A program made the translations under genes and the position numbers. The notes below the pieces were generated by a model, which ran no database searches, was not told where the DNA came from, and saw only the letters and a list, made by a program, of their open reading frames with translations. DNA of 32,326 nucleotides. Origin: Octopus bimaculoides (Eukaryota). Positions within the stretch are counted from its first letter, which is position 1. Each line of letters starts with the position of its first letter. Positions 1 to 12,824 of this stretch are shown piece after piece. Where the stretch lies: NCBI RefSeq assembly GCF_001194135.2, contig NC_069002.1:19842401-19874726 (forward strand), in the 5' to 3' direction.

Positions 1-80
1 ATATATATGTATATATATATATATATTTAAATATATATACATATATATATACATATATATAAAAATATTTATTTATTTAA

Positions 81-141
<61 letters not shown>

Positions 142-465
142 CAAATATCCTCATAAATTTACATATAAAATACTGTATATACATATGTATGCTAGGGATA
201 TGCATATTATTTCATAACTCTCTAATATTTATGATAATTCATACAGCAATGCACTCTCTCTCTCCCTCTCTCTCACACACACACACACACACACAAGCAC
301 ACATACACGCGCACATACGCCCACATGCACAGATATATATTGCACACATTTAGCTTCTTATCAACTGTGTGCGTCTATGTTGATATATATCTATATAACT
401 GCATACACACACTTACATACATCTATATATGAATACACACATACATCCACCCCCCCCCACACACA

Positions 466-532
<67 letters not shown>
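1..532. repeat. Compound (AT)n/(CA)n/(CT)n microsatellite field
   Basis: Dinucleotide runs are directly visible and explain ORFs 377..667 and 429..818. Confidence 0.95.
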
Positions 533-537
<5 letters not shown>

Positions 538-803
538 TCGTTGCTATTATGTTAAACTGCCGTATGTTCAAATTTGGCCAAAAGCGTTTTTTTCAATATA
601 TAATTTTGCTTTCAGTAGCCGGTTTATTTGGTCGGAACTGTATTATCTCCAGCTGCTTCAGACGTAAACATACCAAAACCAAATTGTCAAAGTTTAGTAG
701 AACGTTTTTGCTATGGAATGGTGAAAATATTTTTACGTTTTCTGAAAACCAAATATCTAGACTTACGACATTTTTGAATAATGATAACGATATATATATA
801 TAT

Positions 804-888
804 CACATAACCTCGTGACCAACCCGGCTGTCAGAATTTGTTACACATCCCTGATGAGAATGCACATTTGCATTGTTTTAGCCTCCAA
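804..888 (-). mobile_element. Probable SINE 3' tail remnant
   Basis: cacataacctcgtgaccaacc...gcattgttttagcc resembles the reverse complement of an octopod SINE tail as I recall it. No second copy in the window confirms this. Confidence 0.3.
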
Positions 889-1849
889 CATTTTTCCCTG
901 ATCGCAAGTGGTCACTGGAGCGACGTGGACTGAAATGTTTCACTGCACAACACAACGCACCTCCCACTTGCCTTCTCACACATACTCACATACAGACACT
1001 CACACACACACACACACATACAGACACTCTCTCTCACACACACACTCATACACACATATGATGGCTGCAAATTCGTGTTCGCGTATTGCCATCGCCTGAT
1101 CGAAAGTCCCATCCATGCTAAGGCTAAGACCAGCCATTTTGTTATAGGTGTTACTTGCTTTTCAAGCGATGCCCGTGCATGATGTTTTTTTATAGTGGGC
1201 ATTTGCACGAATCCAATCCCACACTGTGAAGATGGACAGCATAAATCCGAAAAGAAGTCTAGTCGGCTTCTTGCAGTTTTTCTCTCAGAGTTTCCGTCCT
1301 CTAGAGAGATTTGTCACAATAACAAAGGGGCCTCCCCCTCACAGTGGTCCAACCGTGCACTTGACCACGAACCCAGGAATTCCCAAGTCCCCGCGCATAC
1401 ATGCATGGTTACATACACATGTACACATATTATTGAATCGCCATTGACTGCGCATGAGCTCATACAAACTTAAATGCACACATTCGCTTTGAATATTCTA
1501 ATTTGGAATCATCGATTTTCAGTTGAATAATTTGACGTCAGGCTTCGGGATATGAAATTTCCTGAATATAGCAATTCTGCTGGTTTATGCGTTCAATGTA
1601 CTTTCTTATATCTGCGTATTCAAGCGGATGTACACGCCTTTTGATGCTGGTGGTGGTTCGGGGTGTATAGTTGAAGGCATAGCTAACCTTCTGAGTGCTT
1701 ATGTTCGTATATGTGTGTATGTCTGTCTGTGTATGTCTGTGCGTGTATGCATATATACTTATATATATATATATATATAATATATATATGTATGTGTGTG
1801 TGCGTGCGTGTTGTGTGTGTGTTTGTATGTGTATGTGTATGTGTATATG

Positions 1850-1894
<45 letters not shown>

Positions 1895-3704
1895 NNNNNN
1901 NNNNNNNNNNNNNNNNNNNNNNNNNNNNNNNNNNNNNNNNNNNNTATATATGCATATGTGTGTGTATGGGCAAAATGTGCATCTTATTTAAAGCAATTCT
2001 ATTTACGGCGTTTGGTGGCGAAGTGGCTGCGTCACTTTCAAAATAGGCCAGTGTTTTCCTTTCACTGTTATCTCTTCCGGCCAAGTGTGAATATGTTGTC
2101 GTAACTGTCTTCTAACAATTACCAACTCACTATAGTGTTAAGTCACCTTTCAAGCTTATATGCTAAATTCTATCCTAAGAATCTTCCATATAAATGGTAG
2201 CCATGACATGACAAAGCTAAAAATAAAAATTCTAGACGTATCTCACAATTATTTGTACTAATATGGCGTCTTGTAGAAAGTTGGTAGTAGAGTTATTCTG
2301 ATGTGAAATGCTCTAAATGTTAGACATTTCGCACAAGTTTCCAACAGTTTACTGCTAAATATGTAGTTTAATAATCTGAAACGTCGCTAAAAGAGAGTGG
2401 CTTCTTAGCACCGTCGCATTCGATTTACTGTTAGAGTGTTGACTTCTAAATGCAAGCATGAGAGATATATTGTGCAGGGTTAACTGTTAACATAATTATT
2501 TTAAAAAGCAGTCTGATAGGAAGAGCATTTGAAAGTTAGTGCAGTCATCTGAGTTCAGAGTATTATAAAGTTTTCAGAGCAGTCCTTTGAGTTAGCTGAT
2601 TTCTCTCATGAATATTTCAGACATATAGGTCAAAAAGTTTGATATGATCATAGATACCTGATTATTGTTAGCTTCACTCTTACCTCGACTTTTTGATAAA
2701 CGGCTGTTGGCAACATTAGGGATTTTACAGAAACAATTCTCCACCATGAACAGAGGTATTTGTGCAAGAATTAAACGATATTTTCTTTCTGTTTGGAGTG
2801 CTGTATTTAACAGCTATTGTTGTTGTTTATTGATTCCTATCTAAAGAAGGTGATATACATTTCTGATACATCAAGTACACTGGACACTGTCTTCATATGC
2901 GTCCCTATGATCAAATGAATTAATAGTTCCTCAATCGATGTTTCATTAAGGCCACATACCATTTACCTTCATAAATATCGGTTTTGTTATCAAATTCCAC
3001 GAGGACCAGATTTACAGTATATTCAGCTGCTCTTATGCAAGAGTACCTTTAATACTGTACTTCATTTTCCGGGTATCTAGGACATTATCCATGTGTGCTT
3101 CATTCGTCCAAAATAATAAAGGGTGAGTCTGAAGTGCTTTGTCCACTATCTCTAGTACGATCTCACGCTGTTAGATAGAGACACATTCACTTGACGTGTG
3201 ATGTTTGTGAAATTCTTTCTTACACTTGGCCATCTTACAAATATCCAGATTTCATAAGCACAATTTTTAAATGGTTAATAACAGTAAAACTCTCCAGTAA
3301 GAAACAATGTTTATATACATCCTCTCTAACCTTTAAATCACACAGGTGGGGCTGTTGAATTCTTACTCGCATCTACTACTTTATGTTCAGGCATTAAAGT
3401 ATAGCAGCTTTGAAACACAACCACGTTTATAGGACAAGACGAAGAATTAACACAACTTCTGCGTACAGTATTTTTTATTAAGGTTTCGTAGAATATTGCA
3501 CCCAAAGAAATTCCTGGACCATCCAGTTCACGTGTCACTATATTTCTCATTGGAGAAGTTGAGAAGTGGCTAATAATTCTTCGTTCAATATCAATATTTC
3601 TCCATTACTCGAAACAGAAACGAAACTGCTTGTGGTTTCGGATGACACTTCAGGCAGTGCAACATATGAATATGAATGCATACACACAAACACAGACACA
3701 CACA

Positions 3705-3705
<1 letters not shown>

Positions 3706-3767
<62 letters not shown>

Positions 3768-3817
3768 CATTATTATTATCATTATTAGTATTATTATTAT
3801 CATTATTATTATTATTA

Positions 3818-3893
<76 letters not shown>
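3706..3893. repeat. (TAT)n trinucleotide microsatellite running into a gap
   Basis: Directly visible; source of the poly-L/I/Y/N ORFs at 3566-4490. Confidence 0.97.
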
Positions 3894-4288
3894 NNNNNNN
3901 NNNNNNNNNNNNNNNNNNNNNNNNNNNNNNNNNNNNNNNNNNNNNNNNNNNNNNNNNNNNNNNNNNNNNNNNNNNNNNNNNNNNNNNNNNNNNNNNNNNN
4001 NNNNNNNNNNNNNNNNNNNNNNNNNNNNNNNNNNNNNNNNNNNNNNNNNNNNNNNNNNNNNNNNNNNNNNNNNNNNNNNNNNNNNNNNNNNNNNNNNNNN
4101 NNNNNNNNNNNNNNNNNNNNNNNNNNNNNNNNNNNNNNNNNNNNNNNNNNNNNNNNNNNNNNNNNNNNNNNNNNNNNNNNNNNNNNNNNNNNNNNNNNNN
4201 NNNNNNNNNNNNNNNNNNNNNNNNNNNNNNNNNNNNNNNNNNNNNNNNNNNNNNNNNNNNNNNNNNNNNNNNNNNNNNNNNNNNNNNN

Positions 4289-4326
<38 letters not shown>

Positions 4327-4509
4327 ATACATACATATATATATATGTATGTATGTATATCGTTAGATACATAAATGAATAGATGAATTATGTGAGAATG
4401 ATACGAACAGACAGACAGACAGCCAAACGGATATAGAGAGCACGAGAGAGATACAAGTAATAAGTGAGGTGAGGGAGGAATCAACTCCAATGTTTGATAG
4501 ATTTACAAT

Positions 4510-4625
4510 ATCTCGTCCCCGAACAGATGGAATGTAAATTTGACTTTTGGCAGATTTGAACTCGGCAAAAATCTGAAATAAGCACTGTAATGTTTACCAT
4601 CCATGACACTAATTATTCTGACAAT
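4510..4625 (-). mobile_element. Degenerate SINE-like remnant (family C)
   Basis: tcgtccccgaacagatggaatgtaaatttgacttttggcagatttgaactc is similar to 22383-22433 (tcgatttccatagacggaaaggcaaaggtgacctccgtgggatttgaacac). gatttgaactc reads as a reversed tRNA B-box-like motif. Confidence 0.5.
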
Positions 4626-6224
4626 TTAACACCAGCTTCAGAATGTAACAAAGATAAGACACAACACAAAGGCAAATTTACTCTTTTGGTTTACATAACA
4701 TTGTCGAGAAAAAAAATTAAGATAACTGAATCCTGTGATATTGAAATATGACCTTGGTACCTCGGATAGAAATAGCAGTAATATATAATGTAGGGATATT
4801 CAGGTTTCTGCATGGCAGATTAAAATAAATTCACGGCACCCTTTAAACAACTGGTTTCGAGTAAGACAAAATTTTCCGTTTGGAATATGATCGTATTATG
4901 TTGAAAGTCAATCTACTGTATTTTAATTACATATACAATAGTGAGTTGAATTTTGATCAATTATATCTTAGTTGATGTTTGCAACATATATTAAATATTT
5001 AAACTTTTTCCTTTTAAAATAATTCTGATAGAGCTTCAATTTCCTTCTGTATTCTTTCTTTGGTTTTGATATTTTAAAATAAAAATTGAAAATCTCTTTT
5101 CTATTGACTTTCCATTCATTATTCACCAAAATATTTTCACTGTTTCTTGAAGCTAAACTTAGTATATTGAAAATATTTTATCAAAGTAAACAATACGAAT
5201 ATTCATTTTCCATCGGGTTTATGGATGTAAAGTGATTTATGAGGATGTTTGCTAAACCGGAAATAGTGAGATTGAGCGAGTTTCTAACTCGTATTTTCTT
5301 TCTTTCATACATTTATTTCAACGGAGTCAAGAAATGCAGGATACAGGGAAATACTGAATTATTTATTCATCTATAGCAAGACACGCTGCCACCTTACAAG
5401 TAAAACACAGTCGCGTATATATGTATCCATACATAATACTTATTTATATACATGTGTTGTGTGTGTGCGCGCGTGTGAGTATGTGTGTAATGTGTGTGTG
5501 CATGTATGTACATATATATATATAGATCATTTTATTATATTTATTATTATATTTATCTTATGATATTTACTTTGCTTTATATTATACTCATTTATTGTGC
5601 TTTTAATTGTTAATTTTTCTATATGTGATAGTGGATTTTCATCGATGAGTTCTTGAAACTTGGTTATTTTCCCTAAAACTAAATATATATTATATATATA
5701 TATANNNNNNNNNNNNNNNNNNNNNNNNNNNNNNNNNNNNNNNNNNNNNNNNNNNNNNNNNNNNNNNNNNNNNNNNNNNNNNNNNNNNNNNNNNNNNNNN
5801 NNNNNNNNNNNNNNNNNNNNNNNNNNNNNNNNNNNNNNNNNNNNNNNNNNNNNNNNNNNNNNNNNNNNNNNNNNNNNNNNNNNNNNNNNATATGAAATGC
5901 AATCGTAGTCAAATGAATGAGTTGCTGCTGGCAGTATTCAAGTTGGTTCATTTTCTTGTTAATTCTTTTTATTTTTCTGATAATTGCTCTTCTATTTCTA
6001 TAGATTCTGCACTTAGATTTGTTTAGTGATCTTAATGGGGTATGTTTTACGCATATATTTGCTACAGTTTCTACAAATATCTGCCATGATGTGTTTAGGT
6101 TGTGAAGGCCTAATCAATTTGTGAAAGATCATAATTGATCACATTCTGGTCTGCATTATGAAGCTCTATGGATGGGCTGTAGAGGTGTTATTGGGTTTAA
6201 TCTTTGGATGCTAGAATCTCAGAT

Positions 6225-6905
6225 CACAGAGAACCATGTCATGGTCTGAGAGTAGTGGCGTTTTTTACACTGCAATATTGTGGATAGTGTCAGTGTAGTT
6301 ACTGAACACTAGGTCCAAGGTCTTTTTGTGACACCTTGTTTGTTCGAGAACAAGTTGGGTCAGGAAAATCTCATCCATGAAATCAAAAAGCAGTTCGATT
6401 TTTTGCTTATCAAGGGTTGAGGTTTCAAGCTGTTTGTTGTTCAATCAACACTCGGACGGTTCTGCCCCCCTCCCCCATCATTAATATGGTGTCAGCATGA
6501 CACTGATGGATTAAACACTAAATACTTTTGAGGCATTACTTGAAGCTTATTAGAGAAGTTAGGGATGGGCTATAGATCCCAACTATTATTAAATCTTTAG
6601 TTTTACTGTATATAGAAGCTGCTTCCGGTAGCCACTGGTAAATACGCCCATTGCTTCAGCCGTAAAAGAAGCATGCATGAATATATGGCAGTCCCACCAT
6701 TTCTTCTGCCAACACGATCTAATGGATAGTTGTAAAATTCTTCACTCACACCTCAGCTTCCAAGTGGAGGTTATTGAAATGGGTCTCAGTGAGGACGAAG
6801 GAAGGGATATATGGTGTAGATGGTCATTAACCTAAACTTCAATAAATTGGATCTTCTATTTTTGGTCATTGGTGGAAGGGCTGATGTTTTGTGCTTTGAG
6901 CAACA
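6225..6905 (-). pseudogene. APE-type endonuclease domain of the LINE
   Basis: APE motifs appear in the correct order (TETH, DR..R.GG.AIY, IYxP, LDLVF, SDH), with several in-frame stops and frameshifts. Confidence 0.85.
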
Positions 6906-7149
6906 ATTTTTTGGTGATACTGATGGTTGATTTTGGCTGTTTTGATTTACTTGTTAACGGCAGCAATGGGGGATTTTGCAATATGATGGTGGTCGAGGGT
7001 GGCCTCGTGAGATGTTAGAATGTTTTTTTTTGCAGCTCTTCTGCCAGATTCATTAGTGCTAAAAAGAGAGTTCTTCTGTTTGTGGAATTGAAACTGTTTG
7101 TGGGTGTGGATTTTGTAGTAGTTAAAGGTACTGTTTATATTATTATTTG

Positions 7150-7420
7150 TGCGACGAGTCCCGGAAGATGGGTGAATATACAATCATGTTGTACACATAA
7201 TCCGTCATGCTGGGAAAAGTGGCAGATTTTAGGGTTCCGTAGTATTTGGTGAGGGTGGTGTTGGTGGTGGTAGTGGCATTGTTTTAGAAAGTGCACTTTG
7301 TTGGTGGCTGCTATTGTGAGTAGGAATTGAGCGTCTAGTCCCTGGTAAATGAGTGAATTTGCAATCAGTGTCAATGTGCAACCTCTTGCGTAGGGAATAA
7401 CGGCATATTTTGGGGTTTCG
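7150..7420 (-). pseudogene. Two homologous CCCH-type zinc-finger-like units upstream of APE
   Basis: RNPKICRYSLRKRLHIDTDCKFTHLPGTRR (C1 at 7405-7403) and RNPKICHFSQHDGLCVQHDCIFTHLPG(TRR after a 1-nt shift) (C1 at 7224-7222). Spacing is C-x8-C-x4-C-x3-H, with the second C replaced by H in the first unit. Confidence 0.6.
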
Positions 7421-7720
7421 TTTGTAAGCTATGAGAGGCCTAGATTTCAATCTGTGTACATTTGTGTTTGACAAATTCATTAAGGAGTTATCAAGTAAGC
7501 ATTTAGTTGGTTGATCACAAATTGGGATGGAAATAGGTTGAAGCTGTGCCTGTTGCTGTATTTTTGGAGGTTGTTGTAATTATTGTTGTTGTGGTGGTGA
7601 TTCTTGTTGCTGTATTTGTTGCTGTTGTTGAGGATTTGATAGGTGGGTAACAAACTCTGGTTGAATACTCTGTGAACAGATCGAATCAGAAAAGTTGAGC
7701 GTTTCATTAAGTAGGCCATC

Positions 7721-7760
<40 letters not shown>

Positions 7761-9744
7761 CAAAAAAGGAAACTGAAATTATTTAATCCACATTACATTT
7801 GCTTCATTACTAAGAGGTGTTAAAAATTCATACATGTAGGAAATCATGCAAGGTGTTTCTATTTGTAATTCTTGAGGCCAAGAATTAAAATAACACTAAA
7901 CAATTTGAAATAATTACTCTGGAAATATTTAGGTTGTGCATAGAGAGAAAACCACCCCTACGAGCATTTAGCGCTTAGGGGCTGATCCAAATCACATATT
8001 GTGCAGATCATACGTGGTTTGGTATTCTCTAGGACGTCCGACGCGTCATGAATCCCTTTGGGGTATTTTTAGCAAATGAATAATAACAGACAATGGATAA
8101 ATGTCCGTTCATTACGGCTGTTTCTTAAGCATTTTATTGGATAGATGAGTACATCACATCATTACAAAAAAAATGTATTCATCAGATGATACATATAATT
8201 TGAAAACAGTATAAGAACACGTCATAAACGCTGTAGGAAGACGCCTATCAACCAGCCAAAGCACATCATTTCTATATGCGCGCGCGCGTGCGTGCGTGCG
8301 TGTGTGTATGTGTGTGTGTATATATATTTATATTTATCTATATAGTGTTCGATAAATAGATCTAAATAGAAATACATAGAGATATATCGTTGTGTAATGA
8401 ATTTCAGACTCAAAACGGATGTTAAACTCAGGCCTGCATTCCTAGATACGGTTTGGCATAGAATGAAATGGCCAATTGCGCAAGTTTCAAAATATAGTTA
8501 AAATGAGGCAGTCATTTTGTATCGACCTGAAATCCCAAAATTATGTTCAGGTGGAGGAATCATAAGCTGAGCAGTTAATGGAAATGGAAAACTGCTTCGC
8601 TTTCCTTTCAAAAGATGAAGAGGCTGGAATAAGATGCAATAAATCTTCGGTTAGAGGATGCGCATACTCACACGAACATAAAAGCAATGAATTTCTAAAT
8701 GAATTTCTAAATGAACACTTATAAATACAGACCCATAGGTATATTAACGCATTCTAATTTCTTTCATGTATATATATATATGTATAAATATATATATATA
8801 TATATANNNNNNNNNNNNNNNNNNNNNNNNNNNNNNNNNNNNNNNNNNNNNNNNNNNNNNNNNNNNNNNNNNNNNNNNNNNNNNNNNNNNNNNNNNNNNN
8901 NNNNNNNNNNNNNNNNNNNNNNNNNNNNNNNNNNNNNNNNNNNNNNNNNNNNNNNNNNNNNNNNNNNNNNNNNNNNNNNNNNNNNNNNNNNNNNNNNNNN
9001 NNNNNNNNNNNNNNNNNNNNNNNNNNNNNNNNNNNNNNNNNNNNNNNNNNNNNNNNNNNNNNNNNNNNNNNNNNNNNNNNNNNNNNNNNNNNNNNNNNNN
9101 NNNNNNNNNNNNNNNNNNNNNNNNNNNNNNNNNNNNNNNNNNNNNNNNNNNNNNNNNNNNNNNNNNNNNNNNNNNNNNNNNNNNNNNNNNNNNNNNNNNN
9201 NNNNNNNNNNNNNNNNNNNNNNNNNNNNNNNNNNNNNNNNNNNNNNNNNNNNNNNNNNNNNNNNNNNNNNNNNNNNNNNNNNNNNNNNNNNNNNNNNNNN
9301 NNNNNNNNNNNNNNNNNNNNNNNNNNNNNNNNNNNNNNNNNNNNNNNNNNNNNNNNNNNNNNNNNNNNNNNNNNNNNNNNNNNNNNNNNNNNNNNNNNNN
9401 NNNNNNNNNNNNNNNNNNNNNNNNNNNNNNNNNNNNNNNNNNNNNNNNNNNNNNNNNNNNNNNNNNNNNNNNNNNNNNNATATATATATATATATATATA
9501 TATATAGGTAAGACAGTATTTGAAAATGTACTGAGAATACTTAAATTATTTTTAAATATCATATTTAAAACTTTAACCGGTTTCAGTATACACTGATTTT
9601 CAAATAGTTGAAATAGAGGAACGTGGCTTATGTCACAGCTGTCTTGCTTCTGATCAGTGTTTGAGGCTTGCTCTTTTTTTATCGGCAGTTCATGGCTGAA
9701 AGTGCTATATTATTTGAATAGGATTTGATTGCTTTAGGATAGTC

Positions 9745-9990
9745 ACGTGTCCGGTCATAGACATTTTTGTACGCCCCAAAAATCACTCTACATGTTCTTC
9801 AAAGAATTTAATATACGCTATCAAATGGCAAGGGTGCAATGAAAATTACATAGGTCAAACAAGGCTTATTCTAAGAAATAGAATGACCATTCACCGACAA
9901 CAAATACGAGAACCCAGATGAAGTACGGATAAAGGAAGAAAATATATTCATACACAAGTACAAACCAAGACTAACAAACTTTAACAGAGT
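9745..9990 (+). mobile_element. Penelope-like element GIY-YIG endonuclease remnant
   Basis: 9790-9921 reads TCSSKNLIYAIKWQGCNENYIGQTRLILRNRMTIHRQQIREPR* (LIY..YIGQT..R..H). Another frame continues RIKEENIFIHKYKPRL, resembling the C-terminal E..FI..YKP.LN motif. Confidence 0.8.
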
Positions 9991-10514
9991 GCATACACAA
10001 ATCAATATTCATTCACAAGACTCATTGTGCCACTTAATGTGAGGAACCTACACAGATTACAATCTAAACTATAGCTACTGCACTATATACCAATGACTCC
10101 TGTTCACTCTCCCACTAGACAGATTAAATTTGGAGTGCCTTGGTTGTGTCGGCCTTCTTTGTAGGCGCGAAATATACTGTCGCACGAACTTAACGGGAAA
10201 CTTAATCAAGTCTTCATTCAGTACAAACACCTGACAGACAACATTCAGAGCATTGATTATTTTGACATGTCCAATCAACCGTGGCAGCCTTAACTTGCGA
10301 CACCAAAAATTGTCACTTGATACTAACACACGGATGTAGCGGCGAACCTAAAACAATTCTATATTTCTCCCCGTGTGGAATAGAATTACTTTGTTTTTTA
10401 CATACATATATACATACATAAATACATACATATATACATACATACTCTCTACCCTATAATTTTTTATTCCTCCACCCTTCTCTAATTCCCTGTCTCCACC
10501 CTCCCTTCTTCACT

Positions 10515-10558
<44 letters not shown>

Positions 10559-10781
10559 TCCCAAATTTGACCCTCCATATATCTTAAATTTTATTTTAGA
10601 ATTTCTGGCGGCAACTGCCATTCAAGACTCATATTGTCGTTAAATGCTCGAAACGAGGAGTAGATAGACAGTTGACAACTGATGAATGGACCTTTCTCTT
10701 TGTTTACTTGTCCTATTTTCCATGTTTTCTCGCTCCCGTATTTAACTCGTTTGTTTACGTATTTCATGTCATTTGCAAGTA

Positions 10782-10834
<53 letters not shown>

Positions 10835-11113
10835 GCAACATACACATATTTCGTAAGTGTGTACGTGGGGTGTCATTTTACCTTTGTATTAAGACAGTAC
10901 AGTCGATTTTCATATGTAATTGTCATTTTTATCTTAATATAATATGTGACGGAAGTAAATCTTCGCAAGTGTAATAGACAACCTAAAGCTTAAATATAAT
11001 TACAAATAGGAAGGTAAATGAGAGAAATGAAAATGGACAAAGAATATTGAGAGTAATGAATGTGAAAATAGTAACATAGTAATAGATTATGTAAATAAAT
11101 AAGTACATACATC

Positions 11114-11147
<34 letters not shown>

Positions 11148-11589
11148 CCTGTGTGTATGTGTGTGTGTGTGTGTGTATGTAAGTATGTATGTATGTTTGT
11201 ATCTATATATATATATATATATATATATATGGATACAAAGAGAAAGAGAGATGGAGAGGCGGAGAATATAGTATTACGCAGATAGTTTATTAACGTAAAG
11301 ATGAAATTATACAAAAAAGAGGCAACATCTAAAATACTGGTCCGTTTGAAGTTTTGGTGAAAAGAACAAATAATTTGTAAAGGAACCGAGCTTTGAGAGA
11401 GACCGAAAGTGAAGGAAACACAAGCGAAATTTCATGCATAGAACATGGTGGGTGTTGAATAAGAAATGAGGAAAGCTTCTAACAATGCAGAAATTTTAAT
11501 AAGACTTTATCATTCTGGCGCAAATGTCAAACTTCAGAAGTATACACTAAAGAAATTTGTATCAACGTAGATTCTGCGATTTTGGATAC

Positions 11590-11770
11590 CCGGATGTGCA
11601 GTGACCTCATTTCAGTCCGGTGCTTGGGCAAGTAGTCGCAGCCTTCCAAACGATGGTGTCGGTGGGGCCGTGACGTAGAGGTAACCTTGGGTGTAGGGAT
11701 GGAAGCCTGGCTTTAAAGATGGAAGTCTGGCTGTAAGTTTGGAAGCCTGGCGGTAGGTTAGCATCAGTGG
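11590..11770. repeat. GC-richer island with three GGAAG(C/T)CTGGC units at exact 20-bp period (11701, 11721, 11741); probably a retroelement UTR remnant
   Basis: The periodicity is directly visible; the TE origin is inference from recollection only. Confidence 0.45.
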
Positions 11771-12210
11771 TGAAAAGTGAGATGAAAACGTTTTTTGAAC
11801 GCCCTAGAATTAAAAGAATTTATTCATACCATCGTATCGGAATCTACACTAAAAGAGGATCACTTCGGTCTATTTCTAGAATGCTGAAGAGGGTTACAAA
11901 TTAAATGGGAGCTATCAAATCAACGTGGAATACAGGAATATGACTTCTGTGCTATTCTGTGTCTGTGAGTTCGTTTAGAGTAAAGAACAGTTTTCTTAGT
12001 AATGCGACTTCAATACGCTAAGGAGTGAACTGGAACGGATGTTATAAATTCAATAGGGAATATATCTATCCATTCCATTGGAAAAGGTTACATATACAAT
12101 TGATTCATTCAAGAGCATCTCTAAAGAATTATTTTTTGAGAGAGTGAAACGAATGCTTGACGTGTAATTTCTTTTCGTTTGGCCAACTGTTACATCACCA
12201 ACATAGGAAC

Positions 12211-12240
12211 GCGCGGAAGTAACTAGCGATTGGATCCAAT
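12211..12240. promoter_or_regulatory. Candidate promoter-like cluster: ETS-like CGGAAGT plus palindrome ATTGGATCCAAT (inverted CCAAT boxes)
   Basis: CGGAAGT at 12214-12220, perfect 12-bp palindrome at 12229-12240, and visibly more CpGs across 12200-12400. No transcript evidence. Confidence 0.25.
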
Positions 12241-12824
12241 GAACCAGATTCCACGAATATTACATCGGAACCATGATTCGACCGTTGTTGACATGCAATC
12301 GAGCTTATCTCAGTGCATGCACATCATCTTTAAAAAGAAATCTCTCGCAGATACAATAACTGAAGGACATCGGTGGAAGAATTGAAACTAAAGATCGCAG
12401 TATAAGTAATCTTAACACCAAATAATGTATACTGACCAAAATACACACGCCAAAAGTTAAGAGTCTTTTTGAATTGAATAATTACCAATGGATTCTATCA
12501 ATGCGATGAATCACAATACTTGATCCCAATTTCCTCCTCGTAAACTAGACAGCCACTCTCACTTACACATATATATGCATTTACATATAAGAATGCATAT
12601 ATATATATACATATATATACATATATATNNNNNNNNNNNNNNNNNNNNNNNNNNNNNNNNNNNNNNNNNNNNNNNNNNNNNNNNNNNNNNNNNNNNNNNN
12701 NNNNNNNNNNNNNNNNNNNNNNNNNNNNNNNNNNNNNNNNNNNNNNNNNNNNNNNNNNNNNNNNNNNNNNNNNNNNNNNNNNNNNNNNNNNNNNNNNNNN
12801 NNNNNNNNNNNNNNNNNNNNNNNN

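Larger units (their letters stand above)
5890..7720 (-). mobile_element. Decayed non-LTR retrotransposon 5' portion (CR1/Jockey superfamily-like): Q-rich region, 2 CCCH-like fingers, APE endonuclease, post-APE linker; RT not visible
   Basis: Manual minus-strand translation with stops and frameshifts: LLKAQNIS, FVLTETHF..HLEAEV, LDRVGRRNGGTAIY, LIIVGIYSPS, FMDEIFLTQLVLEQTR..KTLDLVFSN, LLSDHDMVLCDL, then WQIFVETVANICVKHTPLR..RNRRAIIRK. Confidence 0.85.

Noticed and set aside
1533-1540. Perfect CRE palindrome TGACGTCA
   Set aside because: A single 8-mer without supporting context; chance is plausible.
1542-1695. Minus-strand open frame VSYAFNYTPR...DIRKYIERINQQ...YPEA*
   Set aside because: Poor acceptor and no recognised homology. 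Frames of 50-70 codons are expected repeatedly by chance in about 29 kb of AT-rich DNA.
2684-3660. Several possible micro-exons on both strands (e.g. + 3081-3122 GHYPCVLHSSKIIK; - RKYRLILAQIPLF...)
   Set aside because: Conflicting strands, no consistent phase chain and no recognisable protein.
7229-7480. RPLIAYKRNPK resembling the Penelope RT-EN linker
   Set aside because: Better explained as the lead-in to the repeated CCCH unit upstream of an APE domain.
7478-7482. TAATG stop/start overlap between ORFs 7480..7722 and 7229..7480
   Set aside because: The Q-rich frame continues upstream in frame with the finger ORF past one premature stop, so the overlap is incidental.
10645-10690. CGAAAC...GTA...CTGATGA as a permuted hammerhead, including the palindrome CAGTTGACAACTG
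   Set aside because: Stems I and II cannot be paired in any topology.
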